Shown one piece after another: positions 63,478 through 64,000 of a stretch of DNA of 64,000 bases (positions are counted from its first letter, which is position 1; every line of letters begins with the position of its first letter). Below the pieces are notes generated by a model. It ran no database searches. It was given only the letters and a program-made list of their open reading frames with translations, and was not told the DNA's origin. The stretch covers positions 100,817,827 through 100,881,826 of the forward strand of contig NC_068983.1 of the NCBI RefSeq assembly GCF_001194135.2, in the 5' to 3' direction. The position numbers were made by a program, and so were the translations under genes. Source of the stretch: Octopus bimaculoides. Its lineage: Eukaryota.

Positions 63478-63630
63478 TATTTATATTAAGGGCATTACTA
63501 TACATAAATGCCTCATGCTAGGAGGGACTCTAAAAGTCAAACTACCATAATAATTTATTATGGTAGTTTGACTTTTAGAGTTCCTCCTAGTGTGAGGCAT
63601 TTATGTATAGTAATGCACTTAATATAAATA
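63478..63630. repeat. Fold-back hairpin, 75-bp arms, 3-nt loop, 4 mismatches
   Basis: Direct comparison of 63478-63552 with 63556-63630. Confidence 0.92.
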
Positions 63631-63640
63631 TATATATATA

Positions 63641-63678
<38 letters not shown>

Positions 63679-63689
63679 CATACATATAC

Positions 63690-63735
<46 letters not shown>

Positions 63736-63738
<3 letters not shown>

Positions 63739-63999
63739 TATAAATTTAATGAATGGAGTAAAACGCATATGTTAACTGCATACTTTTATTTCCAACATAT
63801 GTTTTGAAGATTACAAATTATACCTTCCATAGGAATCGGCAATGTTAAAAATGTAATCTTCTCTCCAGGGAAATGCATTTACATTTTTAACATTACCGAT
63901 TCCTATGGAAGGTATAATTTGTAATCTTCGAAACATATGTTGGAAATAAAAGTATGCAGTTAACATATGCGTTTTATTCCATTCATTAAATTTATATAT
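63736..63999. repeat. Fold-back hairpin, 121-bp arms, 22-nt loop, 3 mismatches, flanked by (TA)n
   Basis: Direct comparison of 63736-63856 with 63879-63999. Confidence 0.92.
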
Positions 64000-64000
64000 A

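Overview
AT-rich, repeat-dense animal genomic DNA with spliceosomal introns, many (TA)n/(CA)n/(GA)n microsatellites and five N gaps. The SINE/RTE repertoire looks like that of Octopus (inference, not verified). Three protein-coding genes are supported. (1) The 3' part of an ANKRD27/VARP ortholog on +, with 11 exons reconstructed by hand from 629 to the stop at 25117, including the CHPLCQCEKC Zn-fingernail motif. (2) A single-exon 673-aa FG-GAP beta-propeller type I membrane protein at 45401-47422 on +, similar end to end to plant DEX1. (3) The 3' part of a family S28 serine peptidase (PRSS16/K12H4.7-like) on -, with 6 exons from 62097 to 55259. The rest is mostly decayed mobile DNA: RTE LINE fragments, three tRNA-derived SINE families, a Helitron, a Helentron-type element, Tc1/mariner, hAT and piggyBac-type MITEs, and several fold-back palindromes. 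The most notable observations are a minimal dimer-type hammerhead ribozyme (63165-63213), a candidate regulated 30-nt microexon plus alternative last exon in ANKRD27, the intronless DEX1-like gene, and a direct-repeat element carrying split hammerhead core motifs. No prokaryotic features (CRISPR, operons, rRNA) are present. All coordinates were read by eye; exon boundaries are phase-checked, while repeat boundaries are approximate.
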